This document shows, in pieces, positions 25,050-38,000 of a stretch of 64,000 bases of DNA. Positions within the stretch are counted from its first letter, which is position 1, and every line of letters starts with the position of its first letter. The position numbers and the translations under genes are program-made. Origin of the DNA: Mobula hypostoma (lineage: Eukaryota). The stretch lies in assembly GCF_963921235.1 (NCBI RefSeq), contig NC_086097.1, positions 255,566,001 to 255,630,000 of the forward strand, in the 5' to 3' direction. The notes under the pieces were generated by a model. That model was not told where the DNA came from, ran no database searches, and worked only from the letters and a program-made list of their open reading frames with translations.

Positions 25050-25605
25050 TTGATCATAGAACATAGAAAACCTACAGCACAATACAGGCCCCTTGGCCCA
25101 CAAAGTTGTGCCAAACGTGTCCCTACCTTAGAAATTATTAGGCTTACGCATAGCACTCTATTTTTCTAAGCTTCATGTACCTATCTAAATGTCTCTTAAA
25201 AGACCCTATCGTATCCGCCTCCACCACAGTTGCCAGCAGCCCATTCCACGCACTCACCACACTGAGTAAAGAAACTTACCCGACATCTCCTCTGTACCTA
25301 CTCTCCAGCACCCTAAACCTGTGTCCTCTTGTGGCAACCATTTCAGCCCTGGGAAAAAACCTCTGACTATCCACACGATCAATGCCTCTCATCATCTTAT
25401 ACACCTCTATCACCCTCCGTTGCTCCAAGGAGAAAAGGCCGAGTTCACTCAGCCTATTCTCACAAGGCATGCTCCCCAATCCCGGCACCATCCTTGTAAA
25501 TCTCCTCTGCACTCTCTATAGTATCCTTATCCTTCCTGTAGTGAGGTGACCAGAACTGAACACAGTACCCTAAGAGGGGCCTAACCAAGGTCCTATACAG
25601 CTCAG
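25050..25605 (-). mobile_element. CR1 3' fragment
   Basis: ORF 25276..25512 has QRRFTRMVPGL...TRGHRFRV. Tail CTATGTTCTATG. Confidence 0.85.
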
Positions 25606-27135
25606 CATGGACAAGTTGCTGTAAGACACCATACGTTTAAAGTCTAAAAGTGGAAAAATTGACCTTTAATTCCAGAATTGTTGGTCAAATTCTTCCCAGC
25701 CACCACCACACCCAAACCATTGTTCAGAGTAGAATAGAATTGCATCACTAAATAAATTGGTTTATTACGGCCACATGCACTGTGGTAGAATAAACTTTAG
25801 TATGCCATCCATACAGATTATTTCATCATATCATGCCTTTAGGTAGTACAAGTGGAAAACAATAACAGAATGTAGAATTAAGTGACAAACAAGATAAAAT
25901 CTGAAGATGCTGGAAATCCAGAGTAACACACACCAAGTGCTGGAGGAACTCAGCAGGCCAGGCAGAATCTATGTAAACAAGTAGTGTTTCGGACTGAAAC
26001 CCTTTGGCAAGACGAGTTTTGTTTATTTTAAAAGAAGGGAGCACATTGATGTACGTTATTTTAGGAAAAAACACAGGTACCCTGTTTTTGCCAACACCAG
26101 GCATTTTGCAGCACAAAGCAACTAATAAAAAAAAATGGAAGTTATTCATTTAAAACAGGAAAGTGTGGGGAAAGAGTTGCTGGTCAATTCCAACATTTAA
26201 AGAGAAAATGCCTCAGATCAAGCAATTACCCCCCAGAGACCACCTTGAACACGTCCCTGCCCGTCCCATTCTAAGCCTTTATGTAGAACAGAGCCGTACA
26301 GCACAGAAAGACCCTTCAGCCTATGATATTGTGCCGAACTTTTAACCACCCCAAAATCAATCTAACTCTTCTATCCCACATAGCTCTGCATCTTTCTATC
26401 AATTGTGTGCCTACCTTAAAGTCTCTTAAATGTGTCTCAACCATGACGCCTGGCGGTGCGTTCCACACACCCACATACAAAAAAAACTGTCTCCAACATT
26501 CTCCCATCACCTGAAAGTTATGCTCCCTGGTTTTGAAAGAAATCCTAAATTTGCAATGGTGTCAGGATTAGGACTTAGTTTTTGTTTAAGTGAAAGTTTA
26601 ATATAAAGATAACAAAGCATGTCTTCCAATCACATTTGATTCATCATTTACACCTGGCACTTTAGCTCAACCTCTCCATAGCTATTAATAAATATCAAGG
26701 TTAACAAGAGATTATCATGCAGTGATATCAAATTTTTTTTAAAAACTGAAAATATGCTGTGGAGCAACTTTCATACTAAAAGCTACAAGTTCAAATCTTT
26801 CCACAGGGAATCCAGACAATTGAACATAAGACAGGAAAAGTTCAAGGGCAATGGTATCAAAACGCAAACTGACCAAGTAATTTAATTCCTAATAACCAAA
26901 CAAATTCCTTAATTATACAGGACGCACAATCTCACAAGCAACATCCCCTTTATATCCCAAGAGTTCCTGTACACCAAAGGCAACTTCTTCAAGGGAACCC
27001 CACAATTGAGACTTAATAATTGCCACAACTGAGGCAAAGTAGCTCCCCCACCATCAATCGCACATGCAGTATTCTACGTTACCAACGTCCAAGAGGGTTT
27101 TGCAATCACAATAAAACCATCCAAGACAATCACTC

Positions 27136-27291
27136 AAACACGAGTAAATCTGCAGATGCTGGAAATTCAAGCAACACACAAAGAATGCTGGTGAACGCAG
27201 CAGGCCAGGCAGCATCTATAGGAAGAGGTAACGTCGACTGTACCTCTTCCTATAGATGCCGCCTGACCTGCTGCGTTCACCAACATTTTTT
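27136..27291. mobile_element. Short Penelope-like insertion with an internal inversion (hairpin)
   Basis: 13-bp TSD AAGACAATCACTC (27123-27135 and 27292-27304). Inverted arms 27184-27230 and 27241-27287 match at 44/47. Confidence 0.75.
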
Positions 27292-27619
27292 AAGACAATC
27301 ACTCGCTCTGTTTGTTGGATTGTGAACCATCTCAGCCCAACAGTATGCAAGAAGTCGGGACATCAACACAACAGTAGGCAACAAGTCCAGCTCCATCACT
27401 AACAAGCAACTCACTATGGGATGGTCCTGCAGTAAGTGATGCTCTTAGTATCCAGAACTGACTTGCAAAAACAAGACTCAAGACAAACAAATGCACCTTT
27501 CATTAAATCCCAAGTGACCGCTGTGTCTGAGCACACGACACCCCACCAGAAGATACAAAAAGCAATGATGAAGGAAATTCATTTCCTTCTTTTTGACTAG
27601 TTATGACATGTAATGAATA

Positions 27620-30600
27620 CAGGCTGAGAGAGTCAGAGAAAAGTGCAACATAGAAACAGGCCATTCAGTCAATCTAGTCCATGTTTAAACATGTCTAGTT
27701 TAAACATTTAAACTGTTTACTCCCATCGACCTGCACTGGGACCATAAAACTCCATACCCTCAACTATCTATAAACTGATGCAAACTTCTTCTGCTCCATT
27801 GGTGCTGGTAGATCATTCCACACTCTAATGAAGCTCTGAGTGAAAAAGTTTCCCCTCACGTTCAATTTTTGGCCCCTCATCTCAAAAAGGATGTATTATC
27901 ACTGGAGAGAGTCCAGAGGAGGTTCATGAGGATGATTCCAGGAATGAAGGGGTTAACTTGGCATGCAATAGAGGCCAAGTCTGTGGGCACATTTAAAGAA
28001 GAAGCTGATAGATTCCTGATTGGTCAGGGCATCAAGGGATATGGTGAGAGAGCAAGCGCATGGGTTTGAATGGGATCTGGGATCAGCCATGATGAAATGG
28101 TGGAGTGGACTCAATGGGCTGAATGGCCTAATTCTGCTGCCTTATGTTCCCCTTAACCCTGACCTTTCACCCTTAACCCATGACCAATGGTTATAGTCCC
28201 ACCCAACTTCAGTGGAAAAAGCCTGCTTGCATTTACCCTATACCTCCATCAAATCTCCTCTCAATCTTCTACATTCTAAGAAATAAAGTCCTAACCTACA
28301 CAATCTTTTCTTATAAATCAGGATCTCCAGGCCCAGCAATATCCTTGTAAATTACCTCTGTACTCTTTCAGCCAGATTTACATCTTCCCTGTAAGTTGTT
28401 GACCAAAACTCTACATGATACTCCAAATTAGGCATCAAAGTCATATACAATTTCAACATAACATCCCATCTCCAGTTCTCAATACATTATAAGACCATAA
28501 GACAAAGGAGCAGAAGTCGGCCATTTGGCCGATCGAGTCTGCTCCGCCATTTTATCATGAGCTGATCCATTCTCCCATTTAGTCCCACTCCCCCGCCTTC
28601 TCACCATAACCTTTGATGCGCTGGCTACTCAGATACCTATCAATCTCTGCCTTAAATACACCCAATGACTTGGCCTCCACTGCCGCCCGTGGCAACAAGT
28701 TCCATAGATTCACCACCCTCTGACTAAAAAAATTTCTTCGCATTTCTGTTCTGAATGGGCACCCTTCAATCCTCAAGTCATGCCCTCTCATACTAGACTC
28801 CCCCATCATGGGAAACAACTTTGCCACATCCACTCTGTCCATGCCTTTCAACATTCGAAATGTTTCTATGAGGTCTCCCCTCATTCTTCTAAACTCCAAG
28901 GAATACAGTCCAAGAGAGGACAAAGGCAAATGAAGGCAAATATGTCAAAAGCTTTCTTTATGACCCATCTACCTGTAATGTCACTTTTAATGAACTACAG
29001 ACCTGTATTCCAAGATTCCTTCGTACTACTGCACACGTCACAGCCCTCCCATTAACTGTGTAAGAACTACCCTGCTTGGTCCGACTGATGTGCAACATCT
29101 CGTATTTATCTGCCAACCAGAAAAGGTTCCCTTTATTCCCACTCTTTGCCGTCTGTTAATCAGCCACTGCTTTACCCATGCTGGAATCTTTCCTGTAATA
29201 CCATGGGTTCATAGCTTGCTAAGCAGTCTCATGTGTGGCACTTTGTCAAAGTCCTTCTGAAAATCCAAATACACCATATCAACCAATTCTCCTTTGTCTA
29301 TCCTGCTTGTTATTCCAATAGATTTGTCTGACAAGATTTTCCCTTGAGAAAACCATGCTGGCTACAGTCTGCAAGTACCGAGACCTCATCCTCAGTAATC
29401 AACACCAACATCTTCCCAACCATTGAGGTCAGACTAACTGGCCTAGTTTCCTTTCTTCTGCTTCTCACCCTTCTTAAAGAGTGGAATGACATTTGCAATT
29501 TACCATTCTTCCAGAACCACTCCAAAATCTAGTGATTTTTGAAAGATCATTACTAATTACTGTCTCAGAAAGGCAGTGTCCATTATTAAGGACGTCCAGC
29601 ACCCAGGGCATGCCCTTTTCTCATTGTTACCATCAGGTAGGAGGTACAGAAGCCTGAAGGTACACACTCAGCGATTCAGGAACAGCTTCTTCCTCTTTGC
29701 CATCTGATTCCTTAATGGACATTGCCTCATTTTTAAGAATATATACAATTTCCGTTTTTGCATGATTTTTTAATTCTATTCAATATACATAAACTGATTA
29801 ATTTACTTACTTGATTATTTATTTTTTCTTCTATATTATGTATTGCATTGGACTGCTGCTGCTGCTAAGTTAACAAATTTCACGACACATGCCAGTGATA
29901 ATAAACTTGATTCTGATTATGCCTCCACAATCTCTTCAGCCACCTCTTTCAGAACTCTGCAGTGTACACAATCTGGTCCAGGTGACTTATCTACCTTCAG
30001 ACATTTGTTTCCCAAGAACCTTCTCTCTAGGAGTGGTAACTTCACACACTTCATGCCCCCTGATATATGGAGCTTCCACCATACTGCTAGTATCTTCCAG
30101 AGTGAAAACTAATGCAAATTATTTATTCAGTTTATCTGCCATTTCGTTGTCCTCCATTACCCCTCCAGCATTATATTCTAGTGGTCCAATATCCACTCTC
30201 ACCTCCCTTTGACACGATGTATCTGAAGAAACTTTTGGTATCCTCTTTAATATTATCTAGCTTACTTTCGTATTCTATTTTACCTTCTTAAATGATTTTC
30301 TAGTTGCTTTCTGTTATTTGAAAGCTTCCCAATCCTCCAACTTCCCACTAATTTTTGCTCTATTATAAGCTCCTGTTGGCTTTTATATTGGTTTTGACTT
30401 CTCTTGTTAGCCACAATTCTGTCATCTTTCCTTTAGAGTACTTCTTCCTATTTGGGATGTATATATCATGTGTCTTCCGGATTGCTTCCAGACATTCCAG
30501 CCATTGCTGCTCTGCTGTCAGCCCTGTCAGTGTTCCTTTCCATAAAGTTCTGGCCAACTCCTCTTATACCTCTGTAATTCCCTTTACTCTGCTATAATAC

Positions 30601-31985
30601 TGATACATCCGACTTTAGTTTCACTTTCTCAAATTTTAGGGTGAATTCGATATTATGACCACTTTCCCCCAAGGGTTCTTTTACCTTAAGCTCTAATCAA
30701 TTTTGATTCATTGCACAACACCCAATCCAGAATAGCTTATCCACTAGCGCAGTGGTCCCCAACCTCCAGGGCCACGGACTGATACCGGGCCGCGAAGAAT
30801 GCAGCGGTAGCTGGAACGCACCCTGCACATCTTTAAGAAAAAAGCCGAAATAAACAAGCTACTTAAAATTAGGTGCCACCTGGCACGTAAGCCGACATTT
30901 GTTGTTGAGAGGAATTGCCACAGGGTACTCTGCACTGGCTCCTTAACCCCTTTCCCCTTCCTAACTGTCACCCAGTTTCCTGTGTCCTGGACCTTGGGTG
31001 TAATCAACTTACTATATGCCCTACCACACCCCCCACCCTCCAGAATGATCTAGAGTTCATCGGGTTCCAGCTCCAATTCCTTAATGCAGAGTACAAGCAG
31101 CTGTAGCTGAATGCATTTCTGGCCTTCCCATATCCTGCAAGAGCAGAAATCCACTATCCCACCTGACATTTCTACTATGGTAACTGAACTGATGTGGAAA
31201 GCAAATCAGTTAGTCTACAGACAATCAAGAATGTAACACTAGAATTCCAATTAAAACCCTAGGTTGACACATGAAAACAGAATTTAAGTTTCTTGGTTCA
31301 CCAGTGCATTGTAATTATGATGAAGTTCCATGCCTGTAAATGGAAACAGCTGAAAGAGATGTACTGAATGCTAAATTATACCATGCATCAAGCATGTTAT
31401 TTGCAACAAATTAGTGTACAGTTCAAATGATTAACACATAGCACCTTGTGGTTGAAAGGCATTCTACATAATCTGCAAAGTTTTCAGTAAATTGGCCGTG
31501 CATTTAAAGTATCTTAAGATCTTCAGAACGAGAAGGGATCTCATTGAAACCTTTTGAATACTGAAAGGCCTAGATAGAATGAAAATGAAGAGAATGTTTC
31601 CTACAGCAGGAAAGTCTAGGACCAGAGGGCACAGTCTCAGAATGGAAGTACGCCCCTTTGGAACAACTAGGTAATTTCTAAGGTAAGGACATGCTCGGCA
31701 CAGCTATATGGGCCGAAGGGCCTGTATTGTACTGTAGGTTTTCTATGCTTCTAACAGAGATGAGTAATTTCTTTAGCCAGAGGGTGTTAAATTGGTGACA
31801 GCTGTGGAGGCCAAGTCACTGGGTATATTTTAAGGCGGAACTTGATAGGTTCTTGATTAGTCAGGGCATCAAAGTTTACAGGAAGAAGGCAGGAGAATAG
31901 GGTCAAGAGGGATAATAAAATCAGCCACGATGGAATGGTAGAGCAGATTCAATTGGCTGAATGGCTCAATTCTGTTCCCATGTCT
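27620..31985. mobile_element. Stack of decayed, mutually nested CR1 fragments, with a Rex-type 3' tail at about 29560-29915
   Basis: CR1 peptides in ORFs 27869..28069, 28579..28929, 29310..29525 and 30363..30557; ORF1 remnant WVTVRKGKG near 30960. Confidence 0.75.
30750..30895 (+). mobile_element. hAT-Charlie-like MITE, left half
   Basis: Starts CAGTGGTCCCCAACC. Body is homologous to 9326-9465. Confidence 0.7.
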
Positions 31986-33263
31986 TTATCACTGTACACG
32001 CAACTCCATCTATCTGAACTACAGCAGACACTAATGCAACTGGTAATCCAGGTTCAGTCCTGATCTCAAGCTCTGCCTGTGTAGAGATTACACTTTATGT
32101 TTCTATCAGTGTCTGACTTTCAGAGAGGTTGGGCCAGGGCTGCCGGGTTGGGGATTTTGAGCCTCATCAAGCCTCAGGAGAAGCTGGATTGGGTTCAGAA
32201 GAGCTGACTTGTGTGCCGACTAAGCTGCTGCCTGCTCCTCAGAGGCACCGAAGTTGGTGACTTCAAGTTGGCACCAAGGTGGTGTGTAGTGAAACTGAGT
32301 GACTGTCTTGGACATTTCTTTTGCGATCGCGAGACCCTGTTTGACATTGGCTGCCGCAGGCCTGCTTCCCTTGTTTGGTGGCAAGACAGGCAGAAAGGCA
32401 GCAGTATTTTCTCAGCTGTAGCGAAGACCAAGCCTCAATCCTCAGCCTTGCATTGTCATGTGACATCCAGGCTCAGTTGGGGGTTTGCCTCTCCAGTCCA
32501 TGCCACCCTCCAGTGTTGGATTGCTGGAATTACAGGCTGGACTGCTGGGAACCATCAATCTGCAGAAATTGTGGCTCAGGGCCTTAGACTAAAAAAATGT
32601 TTTCCTACACGCCTCTGCTCTTTTTTTTCCCTTTCTCATTATTTTGAATGCACTTGTTTTTGCACCTTGGCCCCAGAGAGATGCTGTCTCATTCTGCTGT
32701 ATCCATGTCTGGTTTAAATGACAATTAAACTTGATTTGATGCCAACACCATGTGAATTGGTAGATTATCTTCCCATTGCAAATTAACTAGTGTGTATGAG
32801 TGTAATGGCATAATCTGGGGCAGATGACAAATATGTTTATATTTTAATATTAAAATAAATGGGAAAGGTGTGAGATCAGTGTGAATCAGTGCTTAATAGT
32901 TGGCATGCGAGCAGCAACACGCAAAATGCTGGAGGAACTCAGTAGATCAGACAGCATCTATGGACATAAATAAACAATCGACATATTGAGCAGAGACCCT
33001 TCGTCAGAGCTAGAATAGAAGGGGGGAGATTCCAGAGTAAGGTGGGTGGAGGAAGGAGTACAAGTGACAGATAAAAATGGAATCAGCAAGCCAAAAGGAC
33101 TGCTTTCTGGTTCAGCTCTTCTTCTCAAATGAAGAGAATACTTGATGGGGCATATGGCCTAATTCTGCTCCTATGTCTTATGCTCTTGTGATAACGAGAT
33201 CAAAAGGACAAGTTAAGGAGATAACACTAACAAACGTTTGATTGGTCTCATGTACGTCAATTG

Positions 33264-34017
33264 CATTACTCCCCAACCTTTTTTGCACCGTGGACCACTG
33301 GTTTACTATTGACAATATTCTTGCGGACTGGTCGACCGGTGGGGGGGGGGGGGGGGGTGGAGTGGGGTGTTGTTCAAGTAGGGTTGCCAACTTTCTCAAA
33401 TAAGGGACAAAAGTAGCAGTCAAATATGGGACACTCGTGTTTACCCCAAGAAAGAGTACCATGACCATGAAGCCTTGCGCGGGCACCTGTGTGGGCATGC
33501 ATGTACCAATTTTTTCTACAAATTGGTTTCGGCTTAATCTTCCCGATTCTGTTAAGTGAAACTACACTGTATATACATTATTTCTACTTTATATAGGCTG
33601 TGTATTTATCACATCATTCCTACTTTTACTATATGTTAGTATTATTTTAGTTCTTGTGTTATTTGGTATGATTTTGTAGGTTATTTTTTGGGTCTGGGAA
33701 CACCCAAAAATTTTTCCCATATAAATTAATGGCAATTACTTCTTCATTTTACGCTATTTCAGCTTACAAACGGTTTCATAGGAACACTCTACCTTAGTGG
33801 GGGGAAATATGGGACAAGGGCGATCCCGTATGGGACAAACCAATTTAGCCCAATGTACAGGATGTCCCGGCTAATACGGGACAGTTGGCAACCCTATGTT
33901 CAAGTTCAACAGTGCGTGACAGGGAATGAGGAAAGGTGCAGCTGACTCATATCGTTTAATATCGCCAAGTCATATTGGTTCCTCGCGGCCCGGTAGCACA
34001 TGCTTCGGGGACCACTA
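33264..34017. mobile_element. hAT-Charlie-like MITE (outer element), decayed ends
   Basis: Left end CATTACTCCCCAACC and right end GGGGACCACTA resemble CAGTGGTCCCCAAC termini. No clean TSD seen. Confidence 0.55.
33379..33896. mobile_element. hAT non-autonomous element (inner) carrying a Tigger terminal fragment
   Basis: Perfect 14-bp TIR TAGGGTTGCCAACT and perfect 8-bp TSD TGTTCAAG (33371-33378 and 33897-33904). Confidence 0.92.
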
Positions 34018-34106
34018 CGTTACTCCATTTCAGCACATTCCACGTGCAAACTGCCTACATCTCACATCAAAATGAAAAGCAGGAGGGACACAATGAAAGG
34101 TATTAC

Positions 34107-34166
34107 CTAAATCTGCAATTGTACCTCCCTTTACAGGCGTGTGCTCACTGTCCTTCTTGGGGTTCA
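34107..34166 (-). CDS. SMARCC1: SMARCC1 coding exon (60 nt), (V)NPKKDSEHTPVKGGTIADL(D)
   Basis: Acceptor ttttttgctag|TG, donor TTAG|gtaata, phase 1 to 1. Matches the KKDSE.TPVKGGT.ADLD motif. Confidence 0.93.
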
Positions 34167-35039
34167 CTAGCAAAAAAGGATTATAATAACCATTAATAAC
34201 ACGTCAAAATAAAACATTTCGAAAGCACAAATACTGATTACATGGCAAATTAATCCACAAATGATCAAAAATTCAAAGCAGTGAACAAAATTTAGTTTGA
34301 CAAGATGCAGAATTACAACAGTGGCCATCAATACACAAGCAGAGTCTGCATGACAGGAAGTTTTCAAAACTGCAGCAGCAATATTAGCATTTTGGAGCAG
34401 TCTTTGTGAGAGTGGCTGCTGTGAGGTTGTATTACTGAATTTGACAGTTAAGGGCTGAGGCTTTGTAGAGGTTGCACAGAAAAGATATTTTACTTTCATC
34501 TGTAGTAATGGATGTTTTGAGAAGGCAGTTGTGTGCTCCTCCTGCAATGGGAGAGGATGGAAAATCCCACACCCCCAGTGACCATTGATGCGGGAAGAGA
34601 ACCCAGCAGCATCTGACTGACTGAGTCCAGCTGCCAAAGCTGCAATTGCCCAAGGTGCAGGCAGCAGATAGAGAATGCAGGATTCAGAGGCCATTCTGCC
34701 CCCCCCCCCCCCATTGACAAATGCCTCATTTTAAAGACCATTGGGAGCAGGATGTCCTTTCAGAGGTGAGATGCAGTAGGCAGATCTGTGTCACCACAGT
34801 CAGCTCTGATGCACAACAGGGGAGAGTGAAGACAAAGAGCTGCAGAGGTGGACAGGCAGAGATTCTGTGTTTGCAACAGCAACTTCAACAATTGCATATT
34901 GCCGTTGGATCTAAATTCACGGATGTCTCTGATTAGAGTATTCATAAGGATAAGGGCGAGTAGGTTGAGACCATCGTACAGAATAGTCCAATATAAAAAA
35001 AGAGAAACAGTAATGAGGGCCTCAGAGATAATGTAGGGA

Positions 35040-38000
35040 GCTAAGCAGGACCAAAAAGGTTACATCCAAGCAGCAGTGAGGGTAGAAATAGGAGGCGTGC
35101 ATAGGCGAGGAGCTCATGCAGGAGAAAGAGGGGGAATAAAGTTCTTGGAAGGTTGGCATCTCTTCTGGGGCACCGGAGATCTGTCCAAGAGGGATAGGTT
35201 ACATCTGAACTGGAGGAGACCAATATCCTGGTGAGATTTGCTTAATCTACTCGGGAGAGTTGTCTGATGCAGTGTGGGTGGGGGGGGGGGCAGATAAAGT
35301 GAAATACAAGCAATCATATTGTAAATGAGAAAGTGGAGTCAAATACAGCAGTTAAAGCAAGTTTAGTAAGGTGCACAGGCAGGTGTAAGATAGAGTTGAA
35401 AAGGTCTGTCATTCTACACAGTTTATTTTAATGTAAGAAATCTATTACAGAAATATGGTTAGCAAATGGGCAGGACTGGCAGCTCAACATTCTAGGATCC
35501 AGATGCATCAGGTGTGACCGAGATGGAAGAGTGAAGACTGCTTGCATGTATGACCACAGCAATACTTAGAAAGGACAATCCTGAGGAAATGTTGTTAGTG
35601 CTTAGATACCACACCTGACTTATGTAGCAAAATGTCAAGTCTCTGACACTTCCTTATACATGGCTCTAGAACGTGAAGCCACTACCTAACTTGATTAGTA
35701 AGGGTGTCAAAGGTTATGTCAGGAAGGCAGATGAATGCAGCAGAGGGGTATAATAAATCAGCCATGATGAAATGAATGGCAGAGCAGTCTTGACAGACCG
35801 AACGGTCCAATTCGGCTCCTATGCCTCAGGGCTTTATTTACACTTCTATTTTATACTTTATTCTCGCCAAACAATTGATACTAGAACGTACAATCATCAC
35901 AGCGATATTTGATTCTGCGCTTCCTGCTCCCTGGATTACAAATCGATAGTAAGTATTAAGAGGAAACGTGCCGAGAGTCAGAGATGATAGGGAAGGTGCT
36001 TAATGAATACTTTGCTTCAGCATTCACCAGTGAAAGGGACCTTAACAAGTAAGAGGTCAGCTACTAAACAATATCAACTTGGATACTGAAAGCATTTTCA
36101 ACTAAGTTAAAAAAATAAAAGTGGATATATAGGACCACTAGAAAATGAAGCCAGAGAAATAATAACAGGAGACAAAGAGATGGCAGATGAATTAAATGAG
36201 TATTTTACATCACTGTGGAAAATACTAACAGTGAGCCAGATGTTGAAGGGTGTGGGGGAAGAGAAATGAGTGCAGTTACTACTAAAGAGAGAAGTAGTAA
36301 CAAGGATGTTGCCAGGACTTGAGAAACTCAGTTACAGAGAAAGGTTGAATAGGTTAGGACTTTATTCCCCGGAGTGTAGAAGAATGAGGGGAGATTTGAT
36401 AGAGGTATATAAAATTATGATGGGTATAGATAGAGTGAATGCAAGCAGGCTTTTTCCACTGAGGCAAGGGGAGAAAAAAACCAGAGGACATGGGTTAAGG
36501 GTGAGGGGGGAAAAGTTTAAAGGGAACATTAGGGGAGGCTTCTTCACACAGAGAGTGGTGGGAGTATGGAATGAGCTGCCAGACAAGGTGGTAAATGCAG
36601 GTTTTTTTTAACATTTAAGAATATATTGGACAGGTACATGGATGGGAGGTGTATGGAGGGATATGGTCCGTGTGCAGGTCAGTGGGACTAGGCAGAAAAT
36701 GGTTCGGCATAGCCAAGAGGGGCCAAAAGGCCTGTTTCTGTGCTGTAGTTTTTCTATGGTTTATAAGATGTCTAAAAAGCCATGGCTACACAAGTCACAT
36801 GGACCAGATGAACTGCACCCTAGGGTTCTGAAAGAGATAGTGGTAGAGATTGTGGAGGCATTAATAATGATCTTTCAAAAATCATTGAACTCTGCCTTGG
36901 TGCAAGAGGACTGGAAAATTGCAAATGTCATTCCACTCTTTAAGAATGGAGGAAAGCAGTAGCACAGAAATTATAGACCAAAAATGGAAAATCCTGCCTG
37001 GTGAACCTGTTGCAATTTTGTTATAAGTTGGATAAAGGGGATGTTGTAGATTTGGACTTTCAGAAGGCCTTTGACACTGTGCCATTGCTTACCAAGTTAA
37101 GAGCCCATGGTATTACAGGAAAGATACTAGCATGGTTAGAGCATTGGATGATCGGTAGGAGGCAGTGAGTGGCAATAAAAGGATCCTTTTCTGCTTGGCT
37201 GAAAGTGACTAATGGTGTTCTGCAGGAGTCGGTGTCAGAACCACCTCTTTTTATGCTGTATGACAATGATTTAGATGATGGAATAGATGACTTTGTTCCC
37301 CACTTTGCAGATGATATGAAGATTGGTGGAGGGGCAGGTAGCAGTGAGGAAATAGGTAGGCTGCAGAAAGACTTAGACAGATTAGAAGAATGGGCAAGAA
37401 AGTGGCAAATGAAATACAAAGTTGAAAAACTGGATGGTCATGCACTTTGGTTGTAGAAATATGCAGACTATTTTCAAAATGGGGAGAAAATCCAAAAACC
37501 TGAGATGCAAAGGGACTTGGGAGTCCTTAAGCAGAACAACCTAAAGGTTAACTTGCTGGTAGAGCTGATGGTTAGGAAGGAAAATGCAATGCTAGCATTT
37601 ATTTCAAGAGGTCTCGAATACAACAGCAGGGGTGTGCTGCTGAGGCTTTATAAGGTACTGGTGAGGCCTCACCTTGAGTACAGTGAAGAGTTTTGGGCCC
37701 CTCAGCTTAGAAAAGACGTGCTGGCATTTGGGAGGGTTCAGAGGAGGTTCACAAGGATGATTCTAGAAATGAAAGGTTTATCATTGAGGAACGTTTGATA
37801 GCTCTGGGTCTGTACGTGCTAGAATTTAGAAGGATGGAGGTGCAGGGATCTCATTGAAACCTTCTGAACGTTGAAAGACCTAGTCATGGTTGGTGTGGAA
37901 AGGATGCTTCCCATCGTTGGTGTCTAGGACATGAGGACACAGCTTCAGGACAGAGGGATGTCCATTTAAAAACAGACGTGGAAAAAAAATTTTTAGCCGG

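Noticed and set aside
33341..33358. Long G/C homopolymers (also near 14320, 34700, 35280 and 39330) as functional G-quadruplexes
   Set aside because: Mostly slippage expansions inside repeats, and homopolymer length is error-prone. No evidence of function.
34167..34694. 175-aa minus-strand ORF next to an exon
   Set aside because: No recognisable motif. It ends at the exon acceptor TAG, and the SMARCC1 frame is complete without it.
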